DNA of 64,000 bases from Candidatus Krumholzibacteriia bacterium. GTDB lineage: Bacteria; Krumholzibacteriota; Krumholzibacteriia; JAJRXK01. Below are positions 1 to 10,852 of the stretch, one piece after another. How positions within the stretch are numbered: position 1 is the first letter of the stretch; the number at the start of each line of letters is the position of its first letter. Position numbers and translations under genes: made by a program. The notes beneath the pieces are model-generated. The model saw nothing but the letters and a program-made list of their open reading frames with translations. It made no database searches and was not told where the DNA came from. The stretch is from positions 128,001 through 192,000 of the forward strand of contig JBGPIA010000001.1 in NCBI GenBank assembly GCA_041484665.1, written 5' to 3'.

Positions 1-958
<958 letters not shown>

Positions 959-983
959 CTACCCTCGATCATCGTCACGGCAC

Positions 984-1015
984 CCTTTCGGATCTCGCTG
1001 GATCCGGCTTAAAGG
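984..1015 (-). promoter_or_regulatory. PyrR-binding RNA element (anti-antiterminator)
   Basis: Minus strand CCTTTAAG-C-CGGATC-CAGCGA-GATCCG-AAAGG fits the PyrR-site layout (CUUUAA, stem, UCCAGNGAG-type loop, AAGG); lies just 5' of the terminator. Confidence 0.8.
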
Positions 1016-1249
1016 CCGCGGCGCATCGGGTCGCCGCAAGGGTGCGTCGAGCCAGCGGCGCTGACGGACGCGGCGGGCGCGCAGTCGGGGGCCGCCGCCC
1101 GGAACTCCCCGTGCGCGAGAGTACCGCAATCCGGCGGCGGCGGGCAAGACCGGGGTGGCCGCGGTGCGGTGGCGGGAGTGTCCGGGCGGGGGGAGCCGCC
1201 GATGGGCGTCCCGCGGCGGGGGCGGGCTCGCGCCGGCTGCGACCGCGCG

Positions 1250-2020
1250 TCAGGGCAGCGCCCGCAGGTGGCTGCGCGCTTCCTGCGCCCACGCGCTCGT
1301 CCCGTCGAGCTCCAGGTACTTCTGCCAGGCCAGCCGCGCGCGCTCGCTCTCCCCCAGCTTCTCCAGGACCATGCCATGGGTGAAGCGCGCCCGCAGGAAC
1401 GCAGCGTCCAGGCCCAGCGCCGCCTCCAGCTCGGGCAGGGAGTCGGCGTAGCGCCCGAGGTGGAAGTAGGCCGAGGCGAGGGCGTAGCGCGCATCCTTGT
1501 CGGCGGGCCGCACTGCGACCACCTCGCGCAGCGGTGCGACGGCGTCCCCAGCCTTCTGCAGGCGCAGCAACGCCAGGCCAAGGTTGTACTGTGCGTCGAC
1601 GAATCCGGGAGCGCGGTGCAGCGCCTCCTGGAAGGACGCTGCGGCCTCCTTGTAGCGGCCGGCGTTGAGGTGTTGGAACCCCGTGTTGTAGGGCTCGCGC
1701 GCCTCGGCCAGCTGCCGCACGCGCGGCATCTCCGCCGCCAGGATGCGTACGCGCACCGTATCCCCCGGCGCGGGCGCGGAATCGATGGCACGGCCGTTGT
1801 CCCTGGCCAGGCGCGCGGCGGGCTCGGGGGTTCCAAGGTAGGTCTCCGCGATGCTCTGCCAGGTGTCGCCAGGGCCCACGGTGTGCGCGAGGGTCGTGCC
1901 CGACGGGGGCAACGCGGACGGCTCCGTCTGCACGCCCCTGGGATGCTTGCTGCACCCGGCCGCGAGCAGCAGCGCGAGTGCCCCGCAGCAAAGCGGGAGG
2001 CCGCGCGCGCGCCGCATCAT
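1250..2020 (-). CDS. LysM + TPR lipoprotein
   Basis: Lipobox LLLAAGC, LysM-like HTVGPGDTWQSIAETYLG, then TPR repeats; ATGA overlap with the dusB stop supports this start. Confidence 0.8.
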   Translation of the reverse strand: MMRRARGLPLCCGALALLLAAGCSKHPRGVQTEPSALPPSGTTLAHTVGPGDTWQSIAETYLGTPEPAARLARDNGRAIDSAPAPGDTVRVRILAAEMPRVRQLAEAREPYNTGFQHLNAGRYKEAAASFQEALHRAPGFVDAQYNLGLALLRLQKAGDAVAPLREVVAVRPADKDARYALASAYFHLGRYADSLPELEAALGLDAAFLRARFTHGMVLEKLGESERARLAWQKYLELDGTSAWAQEARSHLRALP

Positions 2021-3105
2021 GCGGCCTCCGCCGACGCCAGCGTGCGCTGGGGACGCGCGAGCGGCTGGCTCCCGTGCTCGGCGCGAAAGCGGTCGAAGGC
2101 CTCCACGATTGCCCCACGCTGCAGCAGCTCGAACACCATCCGGCGCAGCTCCGCCACGCCGGGGTAGCCCTTCAGATAGTTCGACATCTGCCGGCGCATG
2201 CGCAGGATGCCGTTGCGCTCCCCGCGCAATGCGATCTCGCGGTCGAGGTGGTCGATGATCGCGTCCACCACCTGGCCCACCGTGGGGGGCGACCACGCCA
2301 GCCCGCGCCTGGCGGCCTTCACCTCGCCGAAGATCCATGGATTGCCGATCGCCCCGCGAGCGATCATCACGGCGTCGCAGCCGGTCTCGCGCTTCATGCG
2401 CAGGAAGTCCTCGCCGGTCCACACGTCGCCATTGCCCACGATGGGGACGCGGGCGACCGCCTTGACCTGCGCGATGGCGCTCCAATCGGCGCGGCCGGTG
2501 AACTTCTGGTCGCGCGTGCGCCCATGGACGGTGACCGCGCACACACCCGCCTCCTCGAGCATGCGCGTGACCTCGAGGTGGTTGAGGCTGTCGTGGCTCC
2601 ACCCGATGCGGATCTTGGCCGTGACGGGCAGGCGTGTGGCCGCCACCACGGCCCGCACGATCTGCTCCATCAGAGGCACGTTACACAGGAGGGCCGAGCC
2701 GCCGTTCTTCTTGACGACCTTCTTCACCGGGCAGCCGAAGTTGATGTCGATGAGGTCGGGCTCGAGCTTCTCGGCTTCCACGGCCGCCTCAGCCAGCACG
2801 CCCGGCTCGCTGCCGAACAGCTGGATGCCGACCGGGTGCTCGTCCTTCGCCAGCTCGACCAGATCGAGGGTGGCCTGATTGCCTTGCAAGAGCCCGTTGG
2901 CACTGACGAACTCGCAGTAGGTCACGTCCGCACCGTGGGCGCGGCAGATGGCGCGGAAGACGAGATCGCTGACGCCGGCCATGGGCGACAGCAGGGCATC
3001 CGCAGGCTCGAGCATCGTGCGCACACGCGCGCGCTTCGCCTCCAGAGCGGACACGGTCGCGCCCAGCCGCTGCGAAGCGGTCCTTGCGAGCAGGTCGTAC
3101 GCCAT
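2017..3105 (-). CDS. dusB: tRNA-dihydrouridine synthase DusB
   Basis: SPMAGVSD, IQLFGS, DINFGCPVKKV, HGRTR, NGDV, MIARGAIGNPWIF motifs; start could extend to 3168. Confidence 0.93.
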   Translation of the reverse strand: MAYDLLARTASQRLGATVSALEAKRARVRTMLEPADALLSPMAGVSDLVFRAICRAHGADVTYCEFVSANGLLQGNQATLDLVELAKDEHPVGIQLFGSEPGVLAEAAVEAEKLEPDLIDINFGCPVKKVVKKNGGSALLCNVPLMEQIVRAVVAATRLPVTAKIRIGWSHDSLNHLEVTRMLEEAGVCAVTVHGRTRDQKFTGRADWSAIAQVKAVARVPIVGNGDVWTGEDFLRMKRETGCDAVMIARGAIGNPWIFGEVKAARRGLAWSPPTVGQVVDAIIDHLDREIALRGERNGILRMRRQMSNYLKGYPGVAELRRMVFELLQRGAIVEAFDRFRAEHGSQPLARPQRTLASAEAA

Positions 3106-3302
3106 GTCTGCGCCGGCTCCGGAATGCATCGAGTGCGTCGTCACGTCGCCCGCGGGGTCCCGCCGCACGTGGGAGGTGCGGGCGGCTGCCAGCGGCTCCC
3201 CCGAGCCGGTTTCCAGGGTAAGGCCTGCCTCTCACGCACGCCAGCCGTACGGCGCACGTACGGGCACCCGACGGATCGAGCCGGTCGGCCGCGCTTGCGC
3301 CG

Positions 3303-3716
3303 TCAGAGGTACAGGACGTGCCGCGCGCCGGCCATCAGGGACAGCACGGTCGGCCAGCCGACGATCTCGTCCACGGCGCGGCGCACGTCGTCCTGCGCCA
3401 GGCCCATCAGCGCCACCGAGGCGCTGCACGCGAGCAGGCGCACGCGCCCGGTGCGACGCGCAGCGTCGAGCATGGTGTCGAGCGCCGGAGTGCCGATCTC
3501 GTCGATCCGCTGCCGCAGGCGGGCCTCCCGGGCGGGGTCCTGCGGCTCGAGCGTGACCTCGTCGAGGCGACCCAGGGTGAGCTTCTCCAGGGCGGAGAAG
3601 TAGAAGACCAGCGTGACCGTGTCGCCTACGGACGCCGCGCTGGCCGCGGCGCTCACGGCCTGGTAGAGGCGGTCCCAGCTTCCAGTGTGGCAGAGCAGGA
3701 GCAGCGCGTTCGCCAT
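3303..3716 (-). CDS. DsrE/DsrF/DrsH-like protein
   Basis: 137 aa, VTLVFYFSAL and LLACSASVALMGL (conserved Cys), ends HVLYL. Confidence 0.7.
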   Translation of the reverse strand: MANALLLLCHTGSWDRLYQAVSAAASAASVGDTVTLVFYFSALEKLTLGRLDEVTLEPQDPAREARLRQRIDEIGTPALDTMLDAARRTGRVRLLACSASVALMGLAQDDVRRAVDEIVGWPTVLSLMAGARHVLYL

Positions 3717-3892
3717 GGTGCCCGCAAGCGTACCCTCCGGCCCGCCGTGCCGCCACCGTCAACGGCGATCGAGGGCGAAGACGCCCGGCGCCGCCGTGCT
3801 GGACGAAGACCCAGGCGGTCTTTGCGGACCGCAGAGGCGCCGGCGCTGGCCGCCTGCCCCCATCCTGCGGACCGGGCCGCGGCCGCTGTGCT

Positions 3893-5701
3893 ATGGTCCG
3901 TCCACGCGCCCGCGAGAGTGCGCACGGCAGGAGCATCGTGCAAGAGCCACGCCGCAAGCCAAGCGCCACCTCCGCTCGAACTGCAGGAGGGGCCCCAACG
4001 GACGCGCCGCTGCTGTGGCATGCGCTGCTGGTGGCCGCTACCGCGCTCGCGTTGTACCTGCCCGCCCTCCGCTACGGCCTGGTCTGGGACGACCCGCACT
4101 TGCTGGCGCAGGTGGACCGGGCGACGCACGATCGCGGCGCGGCTGGGCTGCTGCGATCCGAGTTCCAGCTGTTCGCGGACCGGCCCACCGGGTACTACCG
4201 GCCGGTCGTGACGCTGAGCCTGTGGGCCGATACGGGCCTGGCCGCGGCGCTGGGCGGCGATCCCCGCGCCCAACGGGCGCGGGTCCTCCACGCAACGAAT
4301 CTGGGCCTGCACGTCGCGTGCAGCGTGCTGTTGCTGTTGCTGGTGCGCTCGCTCGCGGGCGCCGGCTGGCCGGCGACGGTCGCAGCGTTGCTGTTCGCCG
4401 CCCATCCGGCGCACGTGGAATCGGTGGCGTTCGTGTCGGGCAGAACCGACCTGTGGGCGGCGTTGTTCGCCGTGTTGGCGATGCTCGCGTGGCTGCGCGC
4501 GCGGCGCGCCGCGGCGGCGGCATGGCCCTGGATCGCCGCCAGCGGAGCGACCCTCCTGCTGGCCACGCTCTCCAAGGAGACCGCCTTCCTACTCCCGGGC
4601 GTGCTCCTGGGATGGGACACGCTGATCATCGGGGAAGGCGCCGCCGGACCGCGGAAATGGTGGCGGCGCATGGGGCCTGGCCTGCTCGCCTGGGCTGTGG
4701 CCATCGCGCTCGCGCTCGCGCTGCGCGGGGCCGCGGGCGTTGGCGAGGGTGCCGCATCGATCGCCCGCGCAGCCGACGCCGCGCCGCGCGCGCTGCGTCT
4801 GGTGCTGCCGGCTCTGCTCACCTACCTGCGTCTGTTGCTGTTGCCCCGGCCGCTGAACGCCTACTACACGCCGGCGCAGCTCGCCGTGTCGGCGCTGACG
4901 TTGGCCGCGTGCATGATCGCTCTGCTGGCCGGCGGGCTCTGCGCGCGGCGCGGCCGGGGGCGGTTGGCGGCGGCCGGGCTGCTGGCCAGCGTGGTCTTCC
5001 TGCTGCCGGTCGTGCACTTCGTGCCACTGCAAGGAGCGGCGGCGGCCGAACGCTTCCTCTATCTGCCCTCAGTGGGGCTGGCGCTGGTAGCCGCGGCGAC
5101 GCTGCAAACAGCCCGGCCGTCCGCGCGCAGCCAGCGGATCGCGTGGATCCTGGCCGGCGGGGTGACCGTCGCCTGCGCGCTGGGGACGCTCCGCCGGCTG
5201 CCGGTATGGCAGAGCGAGGCGACTCTCTTCGCCGACATGGTGCGCACCTCGCCGGGCGCGCCGGTGGCGCACTACGGCCTGGCCAGCGTGCTGGCCGACG
5301 CCGGGCGCGACGCCGAGGCGGTGGAGCACTACCGAGAGACGCTGCGGCTGAAGCCCGACCACGTGGACGCGCTCAACGGGCTAGGCACGTCCAGCACGAG
5401 CCTGCGCAACTATGACGAGGCCCGCCGCGCACTGGAGACGGCGATCCGCCTGCGGCCCGAGCAGGCGCGGGCCTACACGAATCTTGGGATCGCCTGCGCC
5501 CTCTCCGGGGACGACGCGCGCGCCATCGAGCTGTTCCGCAGGGCGGTCGTCCTCGATCCGGGCGATCCGAAGGCGCGTTTCAATTTCGGGCTGGCGCTGG
5601 TCGGCGTGGGCCAAGCGGACAGTGCGCGCGTGCAACTGGCGATCCTGCAGCAGCTGGACGCTCGCATGGCGGAGCGGCTGCAGCGAGAGCTGCAGCGCTG
5701 A
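3893..5701 (+). CDS. TMTC-like GT-C membrane glycosyltransferase with C-terminal TPRs
   Basis: LVWDD, YYRP, HATNLGLH, LFAAHPAHVESVAFVSGRTDL, SKE, AERFLYLPS motifs followed by TPRs; start uncertain. Confidence 0.85.
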   Translation: MVRPRARESAHGRSIVQEPRRKPSATSARTAGGAPTDAPLLWHALLVAATALALYLPALRYGLVWDDPHLLAQVDRATHDRGAAGLLRSEFQLFADRPTGYYRPVVTLSLWADTGLAAALGGDPRAQRARVLHATNLGLHVACSVLLLLLVRSLAGAGWPATVAALLFAAHPAHVESVAFVSGRTDLWAALFAVLAMLAWLRARRAAAAAWPWIAASGATLLLATLSKETAFLLPGVLLGWDTLIIGEGAAGPRKWWRRMGPGLLAWAVAIALALALRGAAGVGEGAASIARAADAAPRALRLVLPALLTYLRLLLLPRPLNAYYTPAQLAVSALTLAACMIALLAGGLCARRGRGRLAAAGLLASVVFLLPVVHFVPLQGAAAAERFLYLPSVGLALVAAATLQTARPSARSQRIAWILAGGVTVACALGTLRRLPVWQSEATLFADMVRTSPGAPVAHYGLASVLADAGRDAEAVEHYRETLRLKPDHVDALNGLGTSSTSLRNYDEARRALETAIRLRPEQARAYTNLGIACALSGDDARAIELFRRAVVLDPGDPKARFNFGLALVGVGQADSARVQLAILQQLDARMAERLQRELQR

Positions 5702-5734
5702 AGCAGCGTCCCGCCGCGGGCCGTGGAGCCAGCT

Positions 5735-7159
5735 TTAAAGCTTCACAAAGATCCGCCGGCGATGCAACGCTGCAGCGACCGCTGCCCAAACCAGGACGAC
5801 GCAGAGCGCGAACGCGAGCGAGGCCGGCCGGGGCGGCGCCCACGACGCGAACAGCCGCTCATAGAGCCAGCTCTTCAGCGGCATGAGAGTCATTGCACCA
5901 TCGGCCGCGCGCGCAGGGACGCGCAGGTGCAGGCTGAGCGTCGCCGCTAAGCTCGATCCCAAGAACACCAGGATTGCATTGCGACCGTACCAGACCCAGG
6001 GCAGCGCCGGGCCGCGCCAGGCCCGGACCTCGATCGCGTACGCGCACGCCGCCAGGCAGCAGCACGCGAACCCGCCCATGAGCAGGGCATACGAGCTGGT
6101 CCACAGCTGCTTGTTGATGGGAATCCAGAGGCCCACCAGCCATCCCACAACGCACAGCGCCGCGCCGGCGGCCAACAGCCCGCGCAGCCGCCGCCGCACT
6201 TGGGTCAGGCCACCGATCAGGGCCCGCCCGCAGAGCACACCCATGAGCACGGTCGCGATCGCAGGGATCGTGCTCACCAGTCCTTCGGGATCGAACCCCC
6301 ACAGCATCGCCCCAGTGTGCGGATCGCGCACGGTCTGGTAGCAGCGGGTGCCGAACGCGCGCGCATCCACCCAAGCGCACCAGTTCGGCAGCACCGGGGG
6401 GGCTGCCCGGGACGCCGCTGCGAGATCGATGCTCAGGTCCGGCCGGCCGAAGCCCGGAACCGGAACGTACAGCATCCAGACCGCATATCCGCCCAGCAGC
6501 ACGGCGATCCAAGTGACCAGGCGGCGTGACTGCGGGCTGGTCAAGCCGATGGCCGCGGCCACGAGCGAGCAGATCCCGATGCGGAACAGTACGCCCGGAA
6601 CGCGCGACTCGGCGAGCTGCCGGCCGAGCCACTGCAGATCGCCGGCGCGCGCCCAGGGAAGCGAAGCCGCCGCAACGAAGACCGCCATCGCCAGCAGCCG
6701 CGCCCACCGCCGCCGGTGCGTCTGCGCGGACAACAGCGCGGCGGCGGCGAGCACGAGCGCAACGATCGCGCCTCGCAGCGCGACGCCAGCCGGGCCGACC
6801 GCCGCCAGCTCTGCCCAGAAGCCCTGCGGTGAGCGTTGCAGGAAGGGGAAACGGCTCTGGAACAACCCGAGCACCACCAGCGCCGCAGCGCGCCCGGCCA
6901 CGTGGCGCAGCAGGGCAGAGCGCTCACCAGGCTGCGCGAGCCGGCGCTCGAATGACAGGGCCATCGAGACACCGACGATGAACAGGAAGAACGGGAAGAT
7001 CGCGTCGGTGAGGGTCCAGCCATTCCAGGCGGCATGGCGCAGCTGCGCGTAGCCGGCCGATTCGGCCCAGAGACCGGGGTTGTTGACCAGCAGCATGGCC
7101 GCGATCGTCAGCCCGCGGAAGGCGTCCAGCGATTGCAGGCGAGGGGAAGCCGGGTTCAT
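5735..7159 (-). CDS. HGSNAT/NagX-family transmembrane acetyltransferase
   Basis: RLQSLDAFRG, LVNNPG...HAAWNGWTLTDAIFPFFLFIVG, FDPEG, PINKQLWTSSY motifs. Confidence 0.88.
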   Translation of the reverse strand: MNPASPRLQSLDAFRGLTIAAMLLVNNPGLWAESAGYAQLRHAAWNGWTLTDAIFPFFLFIVGVSMALSFERRLAQPGERSALLRHVAGRAAALVVLGLFQSRFPFLQRSPQGFWAELAAVGPAGVALRGAIVALVLAAAALLSAQTHRRRWARLLAMAVFVAAASLPWARAGDLQWLGRQLAESRVPGVLFRIGICSLVAAAIGLTSPQSRRLVTWIAVLLGGYAVWMLYVPVPGFGRPDLSIDLAAASRAAPPVLPNWCAWVDARAFGTRCYQTVRDPHTGAMLWGFDPEGLVSTIPAIATVLMGVLCGRALIGGLTQVRRRLRGLLAAGAALCVVGWLVGLWIPINKQLWTSSYALLMGGFACCCLAACAYAIEVRAWRGPALPWVWYGRNAILVFLGSSLAATLSLHLRVPARAADGAMTLMPLKSWLYERLFASWAPPRPASLAFALCVVLVWAAVAAALHRRRIFVKL

Positions 7160-7353
7160 GGCGTTTCGGCCGCGTGCGGGTCGGGCCAGGGGAGCTGCGG
7201 CGCCCAGGCTACCCCGCGCGCAGCGCTTCGTCATGCAGAAGCGCGGAAGGCGTCCACCCGCTGGCCGGCCGCCGCCTTCCCAGAACGAAACGGCCGGCCG
7301 CAGCAGTCGCCACGGCCGGCCATCCCCTCGCGGCCAGAGTGTAGAGCGAGCTG

Positions 7354-8604
7354 CTAGAGCTTCAACCCGAGGGTGACCCAGAGCTTGTTGGTGCCTGTGT
7401 CGTAGGTCTTGGCGTCGTACGCGGCGTACATGACGCTGGCGGTGTACGTCTCGTGGAAAGTGCGCTCGAGCGCCACGTCGATCTCGGTGCCGTACTCGGC
7501 ACCGCCGTTGTTGGCCTTGAACTGGTGGTAGACGCCGGTCAAACCGAAGGACGCGATCGAGGCCTGCGCCCCGGCGAAGACGTCCTCGAGCCCGTCGCTG
7601 GGCGTCGTCAGGAACTTGTCGGCCCAGCCGTTGAAGTTATGGAGCGTGGCGAGCGGCGTCTGGAACGAGTAGTCCCCGGCGAACGAGCTGAGCAGCTCGC
7701 GGCCCACCTTCAGCGTGCACTTGCCGATGCCGACGCCGAACTCACCGAAGTAATAGGACGCGTTGATCCGCGGGTCGCTGTCGGCGTATTTGCCCTGCGC
7801 GGCGTACTCGGCGGTGTACAGTGCCTTGAACCCGCCCGGCAGCGACGCTTGTCCGTTGAAGCGCAAGCCCAGGTCCCGGTGCGAGGACTGGGGTAGATGC
7901 TGCATGTTGACGAGATAGGCGTAGGCCGTCGCCGTCCCGATCGGGGTCTTGTACGCGAGGTTGAACAGCTCGCTCGAGACGTCGAGGTTTGCCAGGTTCT
8001 GGTTGGGGTTGTGCTCCCCATAGGACAGGTTCACGTTGGTGACGTGCGCGGCGAAGAGCGTGAGGTTCGGCAGCGGGCTGGTGTGCAACGTCAGTGCGTC
8101 GAAGGTCTGCTCGTTCTGGCGCCAGCCGCCGTTGCCGATGAAGCGCGAATTGTCGAGGATCATGCGCTGGCGGCCGAGCTGAAGCGATGTGTTGGGGATA
8201 CCCGACCACGAAACGTAGGCCTGGTTGACCTCCGTATCCTGGGGATCGGGCACCAGCGGCAGGTCGGTGCGCCCGTTGGCGGTGCTGTTGTACCGATCGT
8301 CCCCGACGTTCGCGATCGCCTCGATGTCGGCGTAGGCGTAGAAGTTGGCGAAGGGGGCTGTCTGATAGCCGAGCCTGGCCCGCACCGTCGATGCCAGGGC
8401 GCCCTCGGTCGCGCCCTTCTGGTCGACGCTCTCGGCCCGGTAGCGCAGGTCTACGCTCACCTTGCCGGTGGTGAGCGCGCGCGCGAACGCGTCCAGGTCT
8501 TCCGGACCGGCGGCGCTGGCGCTGGACGGCAGGCTTCCCAGCAACGCCCCAGCGGCCACGACGACGACGAGCAGCGTGCTCCTGCCCTCACTGCGAAAAC
8601 CCAT
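7354..8604 (-). CDS. Alginate-export-family outer-membrane beta-barrel
   Basis: GGAGGT RBS, signal peptide, GRQRMILDNSRFIGNGGWRQNEQTFD, FQTPLATLHNFNGWADKF, terminal beta-strand. Confidence 0.8.
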   Translation of the reverse strand: MGFRSEGRSTLLVVVVAAGALLGSLPSSASAAGPEDLDAFARALTTGKVSVDLRYRAESVDQKGATEGALASTVRARLGYQTAPFANFYAYADIEAIANVGDDRYNSTANGRTDLPLVPDPQDTEVNQAYVSWSGIPNTSLQLGRQRMILDNSRFIGNGGWRQNEQTFDALTLHTSPLPNLTLFAAHVTNVNLSYGEHNPNQNLANLDVSSELFNLAYKTPIGTATAYAYLVNMQHLPQSSHRDLGLRFNGQASLPGGFKALYTAEYAAQGKYADSDPRINASYYFGEFGVGIGKCTLKVGRELLSSFAGDYSFQTPLATLHNFNGWADKFLTTPSDGLEDVFAGAQASIASFGLTGVYHQFKANNGGAEYGTEIDVALERTFHETYTASVMYAAYDAKTYDTGTNKLWVTLGLKL

Positions 8605-8865
8605 GATCGGGACCTCCTGAGGTACCAGTGGGATGGGACGCAGCGGCCTGCGCCGTGCGGTCCCGGCGCGCGGGCGGTTGCAAGCGCCGCACCGAACCGA
8701 GGGACTTTGCGCGGTGAACCTGGCAAGTGCTTGCTGCACATCGAGATGTCGCGCCAGCGGAGGCTCGGTTCCCAGTACCAAGACCCCCGCGCGCAGGCGG
8801 ATGGACGCATGTTGGGTGGCCGGCTTCGGGCCAGTCGCGGCGTGCTGTTTCCCGAAGCGTACCGT

Positions 8866-10569
8866 CTACATGTGGACGTACCGCGGGCCGCCACCACCTT
8901 CTGGCGTCGTCCAATCGATGATCTGGTAGGGGTCCATGATGTCGCAGGTCTTGCAGTGCACGCAGTTGGAGAAGTTGATTTGGAAGGTCTGCCCGCCGCC
9001 TTCCTGGGGAAGCCACTCGTAGACGCTCGCGGGGCAGAAGTGCTGGCAGGGGTTGCCGTACTCGCGCGTGCAGCGGTCGTGGCACAGGTCGAGGTCGCGC
9101 ACCACGAGATGGCAGGGCTGGTTCTCCTCGTGGCTGGTGTCGCTGTGATAGACGTCGGTGAGCTTGTCGAAGGCGAGCGTTCCGTCGCACTTTAGCTTGT
9201 CGGGCGCAGCGCCCGCGCCGCCGGCCGCGCGCGCGTAGGGCCGCCCGTAATACTCCTGGACCGTGCGCATGTGCTCGTGGCCCGCGGGCACGCGCCACGG
9301 GTCGCGCAATCCGCGGCCGCCGGTGAGCAGCTGCAGCCCAGCGTGGACGAGCCCGGCGTACAGCCCGCCCGCGAACGCCTGGTGGAAGTTGCGCGCCTTC
9401 CAGAGCTCCTGCTTGGCCCAGCTCTGCTGGAAGCGACGCTCGTAGCCTGCCAGCGTCGCTGCGGAGAAGTCTCGCTTGCACAGCGCCTCGTAGATCGTCT
9501 CGGCCGCCAGCATGCCGCTCTTCATGCCCAGATGGATCCCCTTCAGCCGCATTCCGTTCAGGAACGCGGCCGAGTCCCCCACCACCAGCACGCCGTCGGC
9601 CCACAGCTTCGGCAGCGAGTAGTATCCGCCCTCCGGGAGGGTGGCGGCCCCGTAGTGCAGGAGCTTGCCGCCGGCCAGGATCGTCTTGAAGAACGGATGG
9701 CCCTTCAGCTGCTGCAGGCGCTCCTGGGGATCGAGGAACGGGTCCTTGTAATCCAGCCCGATGACGAGCCCCAGCGAGAGCTGTGTCTCGCTCATGGCAT
9801 ACAGGAAAGCGCCGCCGAACTCCTCGCTCTTGAGCGGATAGCCCAGCGTGTGCACGACGCTGCCCGCCCGGATGCGGCCTGCGGGAACCTCCCACAGCTC
9901 CTTGACCCCGATGGCGTAGAGCTGCGGCTGGACGGATGAGTGCAGCCCCAGCCGCGCAAACAGCTCCTTGCAGAGGCTGCCGCGTGCCCCCTCCCCAACC
10001 ACCGTGACCTTCGCGCGCAGATCGATGCCGGGCTCGAAGTTGCCTTTGCGCTGCCCCTTGCTGTCGATCCCCTTGTCACCGGTGCGCACCCCCACCACGC
10101 GCGTGCCGTCGTAGAGCATGGCAACTCCGGGAAATCCTGGAAAGATCTGCACGCCCATGTCGGAGACCTGGGGCGCCAGCCAGCGGACGACGTCCCCCAG
10201 GCTCACGACGTACTTGCCGTGGTTCTGCAGCGGCGGCGGGACGATCGGCAGCTTGAGCTTGCCGCGGCGGGTCAGCAGCAGCACGGTGTCGCCGGTGACC
10301 AGCTGATGGAACGGGCCGTCACCAGCGCGGAAGTCGGGAATGAGCTCGTCGAGGGCGCGCGGATCGAGGACGGCGCCGCTGAGGACGTGCTGGCCGACCT
10401 CGGCGGACTTCTCGATCATTGCGATCATGGGCTCGAGCTTGGGACTCTCACCGCGCTGGTTGTGCTCGGCGACCAGCCGGCCGAGGCGGTACGCCCCGGC
10501 CAGGTTGGCCGGTCCGGCACCCACGAAGAGGACGTCCACCTCGAGGGTTTCGCGCACGGTCTCCGTCAT
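8866..10569 (-). CDS. Electron-transfer flavoprotein:quinone oxidoreductase
   Basis: FAD motif VGAGPANL, SGAVLDP, KGIHLGMKSG, C-terminal 4Fe-4S FCPASVYE...NCVHCKTCDI. Confidence 0.95.
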   Translation of the reverse strand: MTETVRETLEVDVLFVGAGPANLAGAYRLGRLVAEHNQRGESPKLEPMIAMIEKSAEVGQHVLSGAVLDPRALDELIPDFRAGDGPFHQLVTGDTVLLLTRRGKLKLPIVPPPLQNHGKYVVSLGDVVRWLAPQVSDMGVQIFPGFPGVAMLYDGTRVVGVRTGDKGIDSKGQRKGNFEPGIDLRAKVTVVGEGARGSLCKELFARLGLHSSVQPQLYAIGVKELWEVPAGRIRAGSVVHTLGYPLKSEEFGGAFLYAMSETQLSLGLVIGLDYKDPFLDPQERLQQLKGHPFFKTILAGGKLLHYGAATLPEGGYYSLPKLWADGVLVVGDSAAFLNGMRLKGIHLGMKSGMLAAETIYEALCKRDFSAATLAGYERRFQQSWAKQELWKARNFHQAFAGGLYAGLVHAGLQLLTGGRGLRDPWRVPAGHEHMRTVQEYYGRPYARAAGGAGAAPDKLKCDGTLAFDKLTDVYHSDTSHEENQPCHLVVRDLDLCHDRCTREYGNPCQHFCPASVYEWLPQEGGGQTFQINFSNCVHCKTCDIMDPYQIIDWTTPEGGGGPRYVHM

Positions 10570-10648
10570 CGCTGCCCAGGCTCCGGTAGGTTGGGGTTCG
10601 AGCTGATGCCACGGTGCGGAAGGGGTAGCCCCTGCCGAGGGTCATGGC

Positions 10649-10677
10649 AGTGTAGTGGGGGGGTCCACTCGCAGCAA
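10649..10677 (-). promoter_or_regulatory. Putative sigma70 promoter for ETF-QO
   Basis: TTGCTG-17 nt-TACACT on the minus strand, about 80 nt upstream of the start. Confidence 0.45.
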
Positions 10678-10852
10678 CGGGGCGCTGCTTCCTCCATTGC
10701 CGGCGCGCTGCGCGCGAGACTAAGTTGATCCTCGCGCGTGACTTGGCCCGCGGGCAGCCCCGGCGGGGACGTCGGGGGAGGTGTACCGCGTCCGCGATCG
10801 CCGAAACGTCCAGCGTAGCCTCGCACCAGCGGCGGAGCGCCCGAACCCGACC

